A stretch of 32,759 bases of DNA from Catajapyx aquilonaris (Eukaryota). Location: assembly GCA_000934665.2 (NCBI GenBank), contig KZ539122.1, positions 1 through 32,759 on the forward strand, read 5' to 3'. This document shows, piece by piece, positions 11,648 through 23,271 of the stretch (its first letter is position 1; every line of letters starts with the position of its first letter). The position numbers were made by a program, and so were the translations under genes. The notes beneath the pieces were generated by a model that was not told where the DNA came from, ran no database searches, and saw only the letters and a program-made list of their open reading frames with translations.

Positions 11648-12021
11648 TTTTTTTTTCAAATTAATTAATTAATTAATTATACCCCGTGATACAACTTTAA
11701 GTCGTTACAGGGGGGGTGGCACACCACCATCAGTTTTCTGGTAATTTTTTACTTCGCTCTCCGGTGCAAGGAATAAGTTACTAGGAAATGGGGGTAAGGG
11801 TTGGGGTTTTGGGGAGGGCGAGGGGCCACAGGTGCAAGTGCAGGTACGGAAATGGGCCATGTGCAGTCCCCCAGGAGGCCGGTTGCCAAGACGCCTCCTT
11901 AGGCGCGGGCCAGAGACCCCACTGACGCAGGCGAAAGGTTACTCCCGGACGGGGATTAGAACCCTGGACCTTTCGCACAGCAAGCCGAGACGTTACCATC
12001 TCGGGCACCGCACCTTCCGCA
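11648..12021 (-). mobile_element. tRNA-derived SINE, family A copy 2
   Basis: Homologous to 6387-6736; B box GGTTCTAATCC (11953-11963, minus); (TTAA)n/A tail; TSD TATCGCCAYGA (11637-11647, 12022-12032; mismatch at a CpG). Confidence 0.9.
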
Positions 12022-12087
12022 TATCGCCACGAATTATTGGGCCTGGGTTTGGGTGGGAGGCTGGAAATAAGGTGGCGGATGAAGATT

Positions 12088-12120
12088 GATGATTATGATG
12101 ACGACGACGACGGCGATGAT
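12088..12120 (+). repeat. Imperfect (GAT/GAC)n microsatellite
   Basis: GATGATTATGATGACGACGACGACGGCGATGAT. Confidence 0.7.
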
Positions 12121-12234
12121 GCTATCTGTAAGGTTGCAGGGAATGGACTGTCATAAATATTTTAAAATTACGATTATAGCTCATTAATGTCACTAGTAAT
12201 ACGGTTATATCATATCCATAAATATGAATTATTT

Positions 12235-12608
12235 ATTTTATTTGTTTGTTTCTTATATATTTATTTTACCCCGATATAGGCCTCCATGGTCTTTTTGGGG
12301 GGTGGCACACCACCAGCAGTTTTCTAGTATTTACTATATAGTCTACTTTTTTCTTCACTCTCCGGTGCAAGGAAACAAGGACATTGGGTAAGGATAGGGA
12401 TTTTCGGGAAGAGAACACGGGTGCAGGTGCAATGTCTCAAGTTTGGGCCATGTGCAGTCCCCCAGGAGGTTAGGTTGCCAGTCACCTCCAAGGTGTGGGT
12501 CAGAGACCCTCCTGACGCTGGTGAAAGGGGCCTCCCAGGCGGGGATCGAACCTGGGACCTTTCACTCATCAAGCCGAGACATTACCATCTCGGCCACCAC
12601 ACCTCCCC
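12235..12608 (-). mobile_element. tRNA-derived SINE, family A copy 3
   Basis: A box TGGCCGAGATGG (12585-12596), B box GGTTCGATCCC (12542-12552) on minus; perfect 15-bp TSD AAATATGAATTATTT (12220-12234, 12609-12623). Confidence 0.93.
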
Positions 12609-13243
12609 AAATATGAATTATTTCAGTACATGATGAGAAGATAAACACAATATCGAGTATACATATACGTTTTGAGTACAGTAGCAGCTCTTCACCAACC
12701 AACAGTCTCATTTGAATGCAACCCACTCCGGAAAACCCACACTGATGACTGAAGCTCAGAAAGACGCGTAGTTGTCATCTGTCATGTATTTGACACATGA
12801 TACCCCAGAAATGGTCATACTCAAGACATGGCAATTCCACGTCTTTCCCGAGCTTCCCATCGCCCTCAGTTATTGCGGTGCTTGTTTATAGGGTGGGTTG
12901 CATTAATATAAAACGATGGCTACACAGTGTGTGGTTCTATGCAGCCATTGTATTCTACTAGTGTAGTATACTGTACTGTACTGTACACACTAAGTAAGTC
13001 AATATCCCAGTACACACTGCTACTGCAATATTTATTACTATATGATGACATTACGATGATACGAAATGTGCACCTGATGCTGTATAATGCAAATTTAACG
13101 AGCGAGGCGTGGTATGATTGTATGGCAAGTACCATATCTCAAATTCGAAGCCTAATAATTTTTGATTGACAAAATGTACTGCACCGATTAGACTTTTTTG
13201 AATCGTTGTTTTATTTCTTATGTTAATTACATTAACTACGAGT

Positions 13244-13480
13244 GAAGACCTCGGGGGAAGAACGATCAAGGTCCACTTTTTGTCAAAAATGAGTTACATA
13301 GTCTCAGAAGATATGATGGTTTGGTCGTGGTTGTGTAGTAATGATCAAACGAGTAGGTCACTATGGAAGGCCCCGAAAGTGGGATTTACAATGTAGCCTT
13401 TATGGGCCTTCGAAATTTAAAATTGGATTACCTCAGTTGCACCTGAAGTGGACCTTGATAGTTTTTCTCCCGAGGTCCTC
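13244..13480. mobile_element. MITE with ~35-bp TIRs, Sola-like (GAG-type terminus)
   Basis: GAAGACCTCGGGGGAAGAACGATCAAGGTCCACTT vs inverted GAGGACCTCGGGAGAAAAACTATCAAGGTCCACTT (4 mismatches); no TSD preserved; superfamily tentative. Confidence 0.7.
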
Positions 13481-13569
13481 ATATATTATGTGATAGTGAA
13501 GGTGAGTTATATTTGTGTTGAAGTTTTTCAGTACGAAGTGTCTATGCGTTTCATAATATTGCTGCTTTA

Positions 13570-13686
13570 GGGCCGTTTTCTCGAACAGTGGTTCAAATCG
13601 ATTAACAGCCTAACAACAATCAAATCCGAGATTAAACTCGCTTTGAACCTGGTTTACATTTGAACCACTGTTCGAGAAAACGGCCC
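13570..13686. mobile_element. PIF/Harbinger (Tourist-like) MITE, 117 bp
   Basis: Perfect 29-bp TIR GGGCCGTTTTCTCGAACAGTGGTTCAAAT; TTA TSD on both sides (13567-13569, 13687-13689). Confidence 0.92.
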
Positions 13687-15001
13687 TTATTGCATTAAAC
13701 AGACAAGTGCTAATGAATGACTCAGGCTGGACTGAAGTGGTCGCTCGTATCCTCGTCTATAGGATAAAATACATTCGAGGATTAAATAAACATTAATTAA
13801 TGATAAAAATCTTGAGCGCACATCAAACAGAAGCCACCAGCTGGCTCCCAGTTAGAGGTGCTGCAATTTCATTGGCTGGTAAATAAATGTGATAGCGTAA
13901 TCACTGCACTTTGGAACTTTGCCTTATTCCTGAATTATTTCGCGCATCATATTATGTGCCATGTCAATTCCTACACTCGAGTACTAAAATACACATGAAA
14001 ATAATAGAGAAGTGGAATGATCATTACCCTCAAAAAAAGGACCAAAGATGATCGTTCGAGCCTGTCATATGAATTGGTAGGCAGGTATAGTCACAGGTTG
14101 TGCGTGTGCTTATTATGTAAAGGTAGCTTTATCAGAAGTCTGGCAGTCTGACCTTCATTGCCATTGGGTGTGGAATCAGTCAAGGCTCCCTCTCTTGAGC
14201 TAATAAATTATTGTGGGCATGTGGGTCGCGTTTCCCTGGTGCGACGATGGATTTCCCAAACACAACAGCAGGCCAGTTCGATATCGTATGCACCTGAGAA
14301 TCGTGTCTGCTTCATTGTGTATATGTCAAGGTGAAGGTCATTTTTAAATAATTATTCCACTTTTTTGTATACGGCTTGACTGAGTGGTGAACTCATAAAC
14401 AGCGTTGCTATGGCAGCCTTTTTTATAGTTCCGAGTACTGAAGTCCAACAGGTGGGCCTATTGCATTTCTCGTGCATTACTGGTTATTGTACGGATACGA
14501 TTACCTATAGCCTATTACGCAACTGGTGGAGGGTCATGCAAGTTACACGGTATGGTTATGCAATTTCAGGCTATTAACGGTGGCTAATACTATTCAATAC
14601 TAGTCTGATTCAAGATGCAAAAAGTGCAATGACAATAGCAAGCAAAACATCACAATATTACAGAAGAATTCTCTCGGAATATTCAGCTGAAACCATAATA
14701 CCGGTACTCGTATAAAACCCGACAGTGAGACTGAAGTCATTGTATTGAGGAAATACGGCATTTTTCAAACTGTGGGAAATAAATTCTACGTTTACTTTTA
14801 TCACTCATAGAATATACTATATTAGCTTCCGCTGCAAACGAGTATAGTCACAGCAAAGGGAGGGAAGAGATCAATATTTTTCCTACGTGTTTTTTGCATG
14901 CTTATAACATCCACTGTTTGATATGCACTTTATAATTATCATAAGTGTATGATATTGTCAAAATCTGACTGTGAAAAAAAATTAATCACTACAGAGCAAC
15001 A

Positions 15002-15149
15002 CAAGGGGGTAACCACTTCGGTACTCCGGTGTACACCTGCGAGTGGTACTCCCTGGTACTCCTCAGGTACCTCACTCTTTATTACTCCTTGGTACTCCTT
15101 GAGTTTGGTACTCCAGTGTACACTTTTCAGTCGAGCGATTACCCCCTTG
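15002..15149. mobile_element. 148-bp MITE with 8-bp TSD (P- or hAT-superfamily) and internal GGTACTCC repeats
   Basis: TIR CAAGGGGGTAA / TTACCCCCTTG; perfect TSD GAGCAACA (14994-15001, 15150-15157); five exact GGTACTCC copies inside. Confidence 0.85.
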
Positions 15150-15319
15150 GAGCAACATGTCTATCGCACCTCAGCATGTGAAAACCTCATAATCACAATA
15201 GATTATTTCAGGGTGAATTCCCTTTTTGGAACATCTTCCGTGGTCATGTTAAACAATGCATAGCTCAATTTCTACAAAAATATGGCTGATCGTTCTGCAT
15301 TTCAGGAATTTAGTCACTG

Positions 15320-15470
15320 TTGAGGCTTCCATTCGGAAAGTCCCGGGTTTGATTCCCCAGCGTCTATACGACCATCCTGACTGACATATTCTGTGGTTAT
15401 CCTTGTAGCTTCCAGGGCAATTCGGGGATTTCGGGATGTCCATAGCCGCTTCCTTGATTCCCCGTATATC
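15320..15470 (+). mobile_element. Degenerate tRNA-derived SINE, family C (resembles Talua-type insect SINEs)
   Basis: ATTCGGAAAGTCCCGGGTTTGATTCC (B-box-like 15346-15356) followed by ATCCTGACTGA..GTGGTT.TCCT..CCAGG.CAA..CCGCTTCCTT, recalled as typical of that SINE group; boundaries approximate. Confidence 0.55.
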
Positions 15471-15775
15471 CTTGTCCAAAGCCGTTCAAAGTGGGCTGTC
15501 AGTGTTGGATTACAATAGTCGGTTTGACGGTTGTCGGATGAAACTTCCCTGTGGGTGTCAGAACTGCTTCGCTTAAAAATCAGATGACCATGTGCGTTCG
15601 TTGACGACTCCATCAAAGGGAATCACATACAGAAATTATCATGCGGATTATTTTTCCATCAGTCTTGAAATGGTTTGCATCTAAAAGTGCTTATCTTCCT
15701 CCATTCGCTCGATTATATAGGATATTGACACCGACTCCTGTTCACTGATATTAATAAAAATATCATAAATTCTAA

Positions 15776-15866
15776 GGGTCGGTTTCATGATCGATAGTAA
15801 ATCCAGAAGAGATAATATTATTAGCACTTCTTGTTCTGGATTTACCATCGATCACACAAACGACCC
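15776..15866. mobile_element. Degenerate PIF/Harbinger-type MITE, 91 bp
   Basis: GGGTCG..TGATCGATAGTAAATCCAGAA / TTCTGGATTTACCATCGATCA..CGACCC; flanks TAA and CAA. Confidence 0.7.
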
Positions 15867-18800
15867 CAAATAGCATTTAACTTGTTGTAGCTTATTAGCC
15901 TACAATCTGTTTTGCGCTTCAGATATTTCTTACAGAATTATTGTTAAAATTGAATAGTAGAGTACAGTAGTCGCTATTGTTGATCATGTAACTGCTTGTC
16001 CTGGAGTTTAATTGCAAAGGCGACAGTTCTTTAATTCCTTTGACCTTTATTATGACTTTACAGAAACCAATCCTCTAAAATGAGTCATAATCTTGCTACG
16101 TAGTTGGTTATCCAACCGTAATTTTACTACAGTAGTAATATTGACAGCGTGATAGTGGACTACCTGCGACACTTGCAAAGCGTGTCTATATCGCTATATT
16201 GCAGGTCACTTTCTTGCATTGTAACATATATCATGTGTGTTCGTTGCTCTTGGGAAAAATGACACACACAGTATTTTTTATAGGCATTCGATTACATCCC
16301 CATCGCATTAGACTTAGCTAGGCCATTACATGACAAAGCTGTCAGGAACTTCTTGGAATTGCACACCCTCCTTCAGCTAGCTTTCCTTACCAGTAAAAAA
16401 AAAGCTCGCCATAAAAAAAGTTTTCCGTCCATTACCACTTTTATATAAGTATATCATATAACAAAGAGGGCCTATAGTATGGCGTCGCAGTGCCTCGCAC
16501 TATAATTGGCAGGTTAATTGCATCTTTCGTTACGTAACGTTACAGATGTAATTGTGGCATCGTCAGTCTGCGTATCATTCACGTTTCCTCCGGCGAAAAG
16601 CGCATCTACAAATTTTCGGATTAGACGATAATTAACTTACTATTGTGTCACAACGATATGCACTCAAAAATTGAGTAATGCACTCATGCACGTTTCAGTA
16701 GACTATCCTTATTCTGATAATGATGGTGATTACATGTGGGAGTTCTCTTTCGTACGACCTCTACTAAGGTTACCAGCGGACAATTTTTTCTTTGTATACG
16801 GCCGACTACAATAATATCACATGATTGAAGCTCCATTGTACAAAGGTAAATACCAGATGAAGTGGAACCAAATTGAATGAGATTTGTGCTCGACAAGGCA
16901 AATATGCCCACCTGTTGTGCTATTGTTATTGATACATATGGGCTGTTGTAGGCCTAAATGTTAGGGGTAATCCCCTCACAGACATGTTTGTAAATTCGTA
17001 CAACGGTGGAAATAATTTGCGATACCGGTACCCCATACGGCCATACCATATCTGTAACATTACATGGAGTACGTAACAGTTCATATACGCAACAGGGCCA
17101 TTAAAGTAATTATTTTGGCAGTGTACACTGTTTTCGGTGCCATATATCTTATGGTGCTGCCAAAAATGACAACCGGAAATGTCGAAAGTCTTTCTGCAGA
17201 CCCGGAAATATACTCTGCAAGGATTCTGCTTCCGATACTAAAATTCTGGGAGTTACGGATCTTCAACTTGGGTCGCTGTCTTTTCCGTACGTGCAGACAC
17301 CCAGGAACCGGATTGTGAAGGACAACATTTAGAGGACATGTGAACTTGTCGCCTCCACCCCCTTTTGACCCAGACTGGGAGGGTCAGGGTAGAAAAAGGG
17401 GGCTACTAAATAAGTGGAAGGAGACACCGAATCGGAAAAGGCCATCATTTTCTCAGTAAGACCTCTGGGGACACGCTTTACGAGGCACTAACTCTTGACA
17501 GATAAGAAAATACGTATAATTTCACAGCAATAAAAATTGCAACCTGAGACTGCATAATCTTAGGCCCAAGTATTACAAAAGACTTAGGAATGGACATGCA
17601 CTCCTTTTTGCTTCATTTTCCGCATGTATGACGTATACGTTCACATGAGGTTCATCATGCTCACAATGCCCTGCATTACGAAGTTGTATACACGCAATGA
17701 AGGAAAGTTTCCTGGTAGCCTACCTCGTTTTAGAACTTAGATCAGGACTCCCGACTCCGTGAATAGTTCACGTGTAAGCAATATTCTAGTAATGAAATAT
17801 GCGATCGCATGTAATTTCCGTCTAATTGTATACAATATAAAAAATTATACGTTTTTTCCCCTGTTTTGTCCACTACAGCCAAAAAACAACCTTGAAACGA
17901 AGAAAATATGTTCTACGACAATGACGTCAAACGAATTTGCCTTGAACCCATACCATTGGAAATCTCGGTTAATACACTGCCATCCTCCCTAGCCATATCC
18001 CGCGGAAGCAGGCTTTCCTTTGACAGCGTGAAAACGGAAGTGAACAAATTAATGATAATCTACGTGTTTTATGCAACGGGCTATAATCTATCGCGATGAA
18101 AAAAATAGGGGTGAAGCAAACTAGTTTCAGTGAGGTGAAAAGTGAGTGAAGTGGGAAATGAAGGCAGTGGACAAACACGCCACTCAAGTCAATTTTGTTC
18201 AGTCGATCGTGGCTCCGGTCACGTCCACTTTCATCGCGATTCGAACATGATAGGCGCTCACCCAAGAGACACTCTTCTTTTTTTCCCCAAGTTCTTCGTT
18301 TCATGCAAATGTAGGATCAGTCACTTTCCACGCAAAAAAAATGGTTACATAACTCTCAGTCGGCCATGACCTTTACGATAAGAAAGTGAGACAACTTATT
18401 AGAACAATATGGAAATAAAATTCCGATTTGTTTTCAATACATGTTACACCACGTAACTTTTTTTTTAAGAGCAGAATTCCAGCTTGGGTTACAACATATG
18501 ATGCAACCGTCTGGTAGAGTATGAAGTCACTGCCAGTATGAACCTGTCTGGCAACGTACTTTGTGGCGAACATAGCAATGCACCCAGTTTTATTTCCAGC
18601 GACACCTTCCAAAATTAACTGACAGAGGCGCACATAGGGTTCGTTATAACTTGGGTACATGTATTCACCCGCATGACGAAGGGTTTCCTGGGCAGAGTGG
18701 CAGCTCTACGAATAGACACGTGCTGGGCTACGGGGAACACTTGCCGAAATCTAATCTGAGGCCAAGAGTGCAGAGGACATTCAGCATTAGGAGTGGCAGA

Positions 18801-19519
18801 CAGATTGGGTTTCCTTTTGCCTTGAATGTCATCCAAGACTATGCTGACCTAATAAAAGTAGGGAACTTCACATCCCTGGCACGCGTCTGCTTTCAACCTA
18901 TTTTAACCTGCCTCCAGACATACACCTACGACTTTGACCGCATCGGAGCAATGTGCATGAAACGGGTGCAAGTTGTTCACCTTCAAGTACACAGTAGCAT
19001 AGGGGGTGCAAAATATCTAATCATCTGCCAGGTGATTAGGTGTCCGATAGTATAGTTTATCCAAGTAAAGCAAAGTACACATGATGGGTAAGACTGACTT
19101 GCCTGAAATGAATCGCGCTTGTTGACATTATCCAAAGCGTGTGTACATTAGGTCATAGTTATTTCTTGATAGGGAAGTTGTAAATTTAGCGAATGTTCCC
19201 CTGTTTTGCGAAAGTGTTGGGGGGAGGGGCGACGGAATTGCATAAAGCTCAGTTGTCCGATTTTCATATCTGCTAAAATCGCAATCCCCCCATTCATGAA
19301 CTTTGCTAAGAATTATGCAACAGCTACGGCTTATCCTTGACTCTCATTTCAAAACAAAACTTTGCGAAAGTACAGTCCTTCGACAAGAATAAATAATGAC
19401 GTCCATCTCCGCATGAAATTGCAGTCACGCATAAGCCTAATTATTTTAATAATCCTAAATGTAAACAAAAATTTGTTGCCCAACATGATTCCACACCTTT
19501 AAATAAAACCTCTCATTTT

Positions 19520-19817
19520 TGTATAAAACTAACATCGATTTGATGATAATGTAAACGTGATCTGAACCAGGCGCCAGGCCTCGTACTTCTCACGCCTTGG
19601 TAGTCTGCGCGCGCACTTGAAATGACGTCAGGCGACAACCGGCACATTGATATACAGTGGGGGTATACAGGTCTTCGAAATCGAGGCCTGCAAGTTGAGC
19701 GGCCCAGTCCGGCTCGTAGTTCCCAGTACACCAGTAGACCAGTTGCCTTGTGGCTGTCGGCCAGAACAGTCGGTAGTGATCTGTCCTTCTCAACGAGGGA
19801 TTCTTCGCAAGGGTAAG
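19520..19817 (+). promoter_or_regulatory. Candidate promoter and non-coding first exon of the OSGIN-like gene
   Basis: TATAAAA 19522-19528, perfect CRE TGACGTCA 19623-19630, a GC/CpG-richer stretch with no ATG in 19700-19812, donor-like GG|GTAAGC at 19812/19813. A free acceptor TTTCTTTCAG| at 23763 lies 65 nt upstream of the ATG. The link between them is inferred. Confidence 0.35.
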
Positions 19818-21000
19818 CACATTGCTTTTAGACGGTATTGACCTATACGGTATGGTGTCGGTGAATTTTTGGCTAGCACGTGGTTTTGGCTGGTGTCGCG
19901 GTGATTCCGACTAAGGTTATTTTAGTGTATGGTGGGGTGCAGCAGGTGGTATACAGTACAGCACGTGGGTACAAGTTTTTAGTGGTGATCAATATGTAGT
20001 ACGTGTACAGTACGGGTAACAGTAGGCCTACTTACTCCACGTTCGTTTCTTGTGTCAACGCGTGTATCTCATATTGGCACCATTCCAGTCACATTTCTGA
20101 CTTGCCTGACCGCATGCAAATTTGTTACGCAAACGGAAACTCCCGCACCAATTAAGTTTCTTGACGGCTAGAAATGACATAGATGGAACTCACATTTTAG
20201 GGACTCATTTAAAAACATATTCTGAAATGAAATGTGTGAGTGGGTATGTGGCTCATGGCAAATTGCATATATGTGACTTTCACTGTGGGTGCGGTAATTA
20301 CCCAGTGTTGCACATGTATTATATCCGTAGGAGATAATTTACATTCACGCGAACTTGAAAATGGGACGCAGAACAAATTCTGAAAACGCAATCTAATCGC
20401 TGTAATCAAGTTGGCTGGGCATGAGAAATCTTCGAGAAGTCTTACTTTCACAGGATCGATTTTTGTTAGCGAATCACTAGAATTACACAATCCTGCTGAC
20501 GAGTTGTATTGTTATTCGCATCAGCTGTCCATCAAGGTCGAGACGCGATATTCTAGGATTACAAAAGTAGAGATATCCCAACATTGGCCATTATATTCTT
20601 CCAACAATATGAATTATTTCTTGATAGCATGAGAAATTCGGAGAAACTATGCCACTTAACATTCCATACATTTCGCTTACTGAATGCAGCCAGTGTTGGT
20701 ATCCATGGAAGGAATGATGCGAATATTGTTTGCTAATGTTTGTACAAACTCTCTACGTGCTTGATGGCAAAGTTTACAATTGGGGAGCCTTTATAGTCTG
20801 GCCCTTTTATTTTCAACTCCGCAAGTATGTATAGTCTCTTTTATGATTTTCAACCCTCTGCTCTGGCTCGATATCCACAAGAATGAACGTGGGCTTATAA
20901 AAGGCGAGTTAAACAAAGGAGACATGGTGCAACATTATGAATGACTTGTTTTTAAGAGGGGCTTCCCAGAAAAATAGTGGATCGTTTTCCGTTTGTTAGA

Positions 21001-21010
21001 GCTGAGTCAC
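21001..21010 (-). promoter_or_regulatory. Antioxidant response element (CncC/Nrf2-Maf) consensus match
   Basis: GCTGAGTCAC on + = GTGACTCAGC on -, an exact RTGAYNNNGC match with AP-1 core, 2.8 kb upstream of the ATG. Confidence 0.45.
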
Positions 21011-23269
21011 ATTCACCAGACGGTTATCGACGTCCGGGATCCTTTATTAAGGGCAAATGACTGACAGCTAGTCCGGAGCCTTGGACAAATCATGGTGTAT
21101 TGGCAAGCAACAAATTGTGCTGACAGTGTTGCAATGTTCGTGAATGTCGTCTCATAAATCAAAACGCTGCGCTTAGTGCTGTAACACTGATCGATCATAG
21201 TTTCCTGGAAGAATATGCTCCTGGATAATTTAAAAAACCAAGTTATTTTTAGTATCAATAGATACTGTACTTGCCTACAAATGAACGCAACAGACGGCCA
21301 AGAACCGCATTCTCTGATAATCTACATAGGTCCAGGATTCGAACCTAGGAGCGCTAACCCTTCTTGACCTAGACATACATGACAACCTTTAGATAAATAC
21401 AAATAGAGCATTGTCCGCTGTCACCTTGTACCACATAGTGATTGCAAATCACTATCGGCAGACTTTTAGTCCGGTATATGAATTTGGCTGAAGTATTCTG
21501 GGCAGGCTTGTGGCCCAGTCCCACATGCATGTTGAGACGTCGTAAAATAGCAGTAAAACGGCGGGAAATCCGAGTTTTTGAGTCACGCGCTATGTTTATT
21601 TAGATTTCGTGCTTATGAACACTTTTTGCGGAGAAGTGAGAACACACTAATTGGTTTACGGCTAGGTTTGAATGATAGTGGGCTAGCTGTGTGCAGGCGA
21701 TCCTAGAATTCATCTTTGATGAATGATAAGCCATATCGACTTTGTCCGATAATAGGTTTCCACGCCTAATGGAATGGACTTTTCAAGTATTCCGGATGGA
21801 CGGTTCTCATCATGCGCTGGCACGATCATACGACGTGTTTACTTTCACAAACTCCATTGAGCTATCATGCTTCTCATACCGCGGGGCTAATCAGGAGCCA
21901 CTAATTGCTGGATTATCGCGATGGCTAGATTAGGATATCTAGTAATGGTGGAATGTAACACTTCTGACTTTGCGAAACATGTGCAAATAATGTTTTAGGA
22001 AGTGATGTTCGGCAATCAAAACCACTCTTTAAAAATGTAAGTTGGGTAATCCTTATACAGACCGCCTCAGAAAGTCGAGTAGATGTGCCCTCAAGATAGA
22101 TTGAGGGTAGATCTACGACATAGAAATAATATCAGTGAGGATAACAGGTGCTGAGTGATTTTGCCGACTTTCCAGATATTGCAAAATACTGCGTCATGTG
22201 CAAGTTGGATTGATCAGAATAAATGTGCGCACCTTATTTCAAGGGTACAAAAAACAAGATAGTCAACTAGCCATTAATCAATGTCAAACCATTTGACTGT
22301 TCAGATTCATTAAGGAAAATGTGCAGCATTTTTTCTTGGCTTAGTAATGACAAACCGTCATTAGTAATGCTGGCATAAAAGACGAAATAACACACTAAGC
22401 TATGGAAATGAATTATGTGAAACCTTTTCTGATTGATCTGTCCACTACCGATCACTGGAATTGAGGAAATATCTGTCACATATCGCATTATAATGTATCA
22501 ATCCATTCATGGCAATATCATAAATCGAATAATTTATCTACAACCTGAAATGGTCCAAAATATCACTATGTTTGTGCGTCACGACCAATAATATAGTCAT
22601 TAAGCATATGATCTTACATGACCTTCATTTATACCGAATGATGCGAAGCTATTAGTACTACACCTTTATTTATTCTCGGACAGATCCAAGGCCACATAAT
22701 GCGGGTAATAAATGGATTGCGACCTGTCTGCAGAAATAGTACCGCGTTTCAAAAGTAAGTACTGTACCGTTTGGCCAAAAAAATTCACCCCCCCCCCCAA
22801 TCAACGTAGCCAAATGATGCTACAAATATTTATAGGCCAATTTTTCATATAAATATTTGCAAGCATATGATTACCGCCAAACCTACGAGTCCCTTGGTCA
22901 CATTACCAATAGACGCTTACCTGCCACAAATTTTCTGGCGGTTGCGGTGGCACAACGTGTGGACGTTACTCGGTACAAGGTCTGGAGCGGTCTGGACTGG
23001 CTGTCCAAGAATGACCCATTTGAACTGTTCAATACCATGCAAGGATTGGCACGTGCAGTCAGACATTTTCATGACTCATTCTTCAAAGTTCAAGTAGAAC
23101 ATATATAATCATTTAAATTTTTTTGCAGATAGTGGTCCATCAGACCTGGCATCGAGTGACCGTCACTTTCTTTAGCACTTTTTTTTTTTTGGCAAGTAAC
23201 TATGGGATGACCATGAGGCGAAGGAATAGGTTTTTGGCGGCAAAGGAGCTCGGCGTATACAAATATTAT

Positions 23270-23271
<2 letters not shown>

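Noticed and set aside
6556..12633. Similar short ORFs (CAVPQEVRLP...) at 6556, 11781/11832, 12324/12421 as a small-protein family
   Set aside because: They are translations of SINE family A copies; frames, starts and stops are not conserved.
12742..12780. Hammerhead-like CTGATGA-CTGAAGCTCA-GAAA
   Set aside because: Helix II register does not fit the core, there is no correctly placed NUH site, and no helix I.
17358..17402. Hairpin CCCCCTTTT-GACCC..GGGTC..AAAAGGGGG
   Set aside because: Large bulge and homopolymer-driven pairing; no second copy, TIR or TSD.
18651..19055. 134-aa ORF upstream of the candidate promoter
   Set aside because: Non-ATG start, no recognisable domain, no supporting splice chain.
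20606..20620. AATATGAATTATTTC identical to the SINE copy 3 TSD region
   Set aside because: AT-rich 15-mer with no flanking homology; likely coincidence.
21335..21345. Isolated B box (GGTTCGAATCC, minus strand)
   Set aside because: No A box or tRNA fold nearby; at most a SINE remnant.
22817..22866. Hairpin ATGCT-A-CAAATATTTATA..TATAAATATTTG-CA-AGCAT as a pre-miRNA
   Set aside because: Short, very AT-rich stem without an extended lower stem; cannot be supported without small-RNA data.
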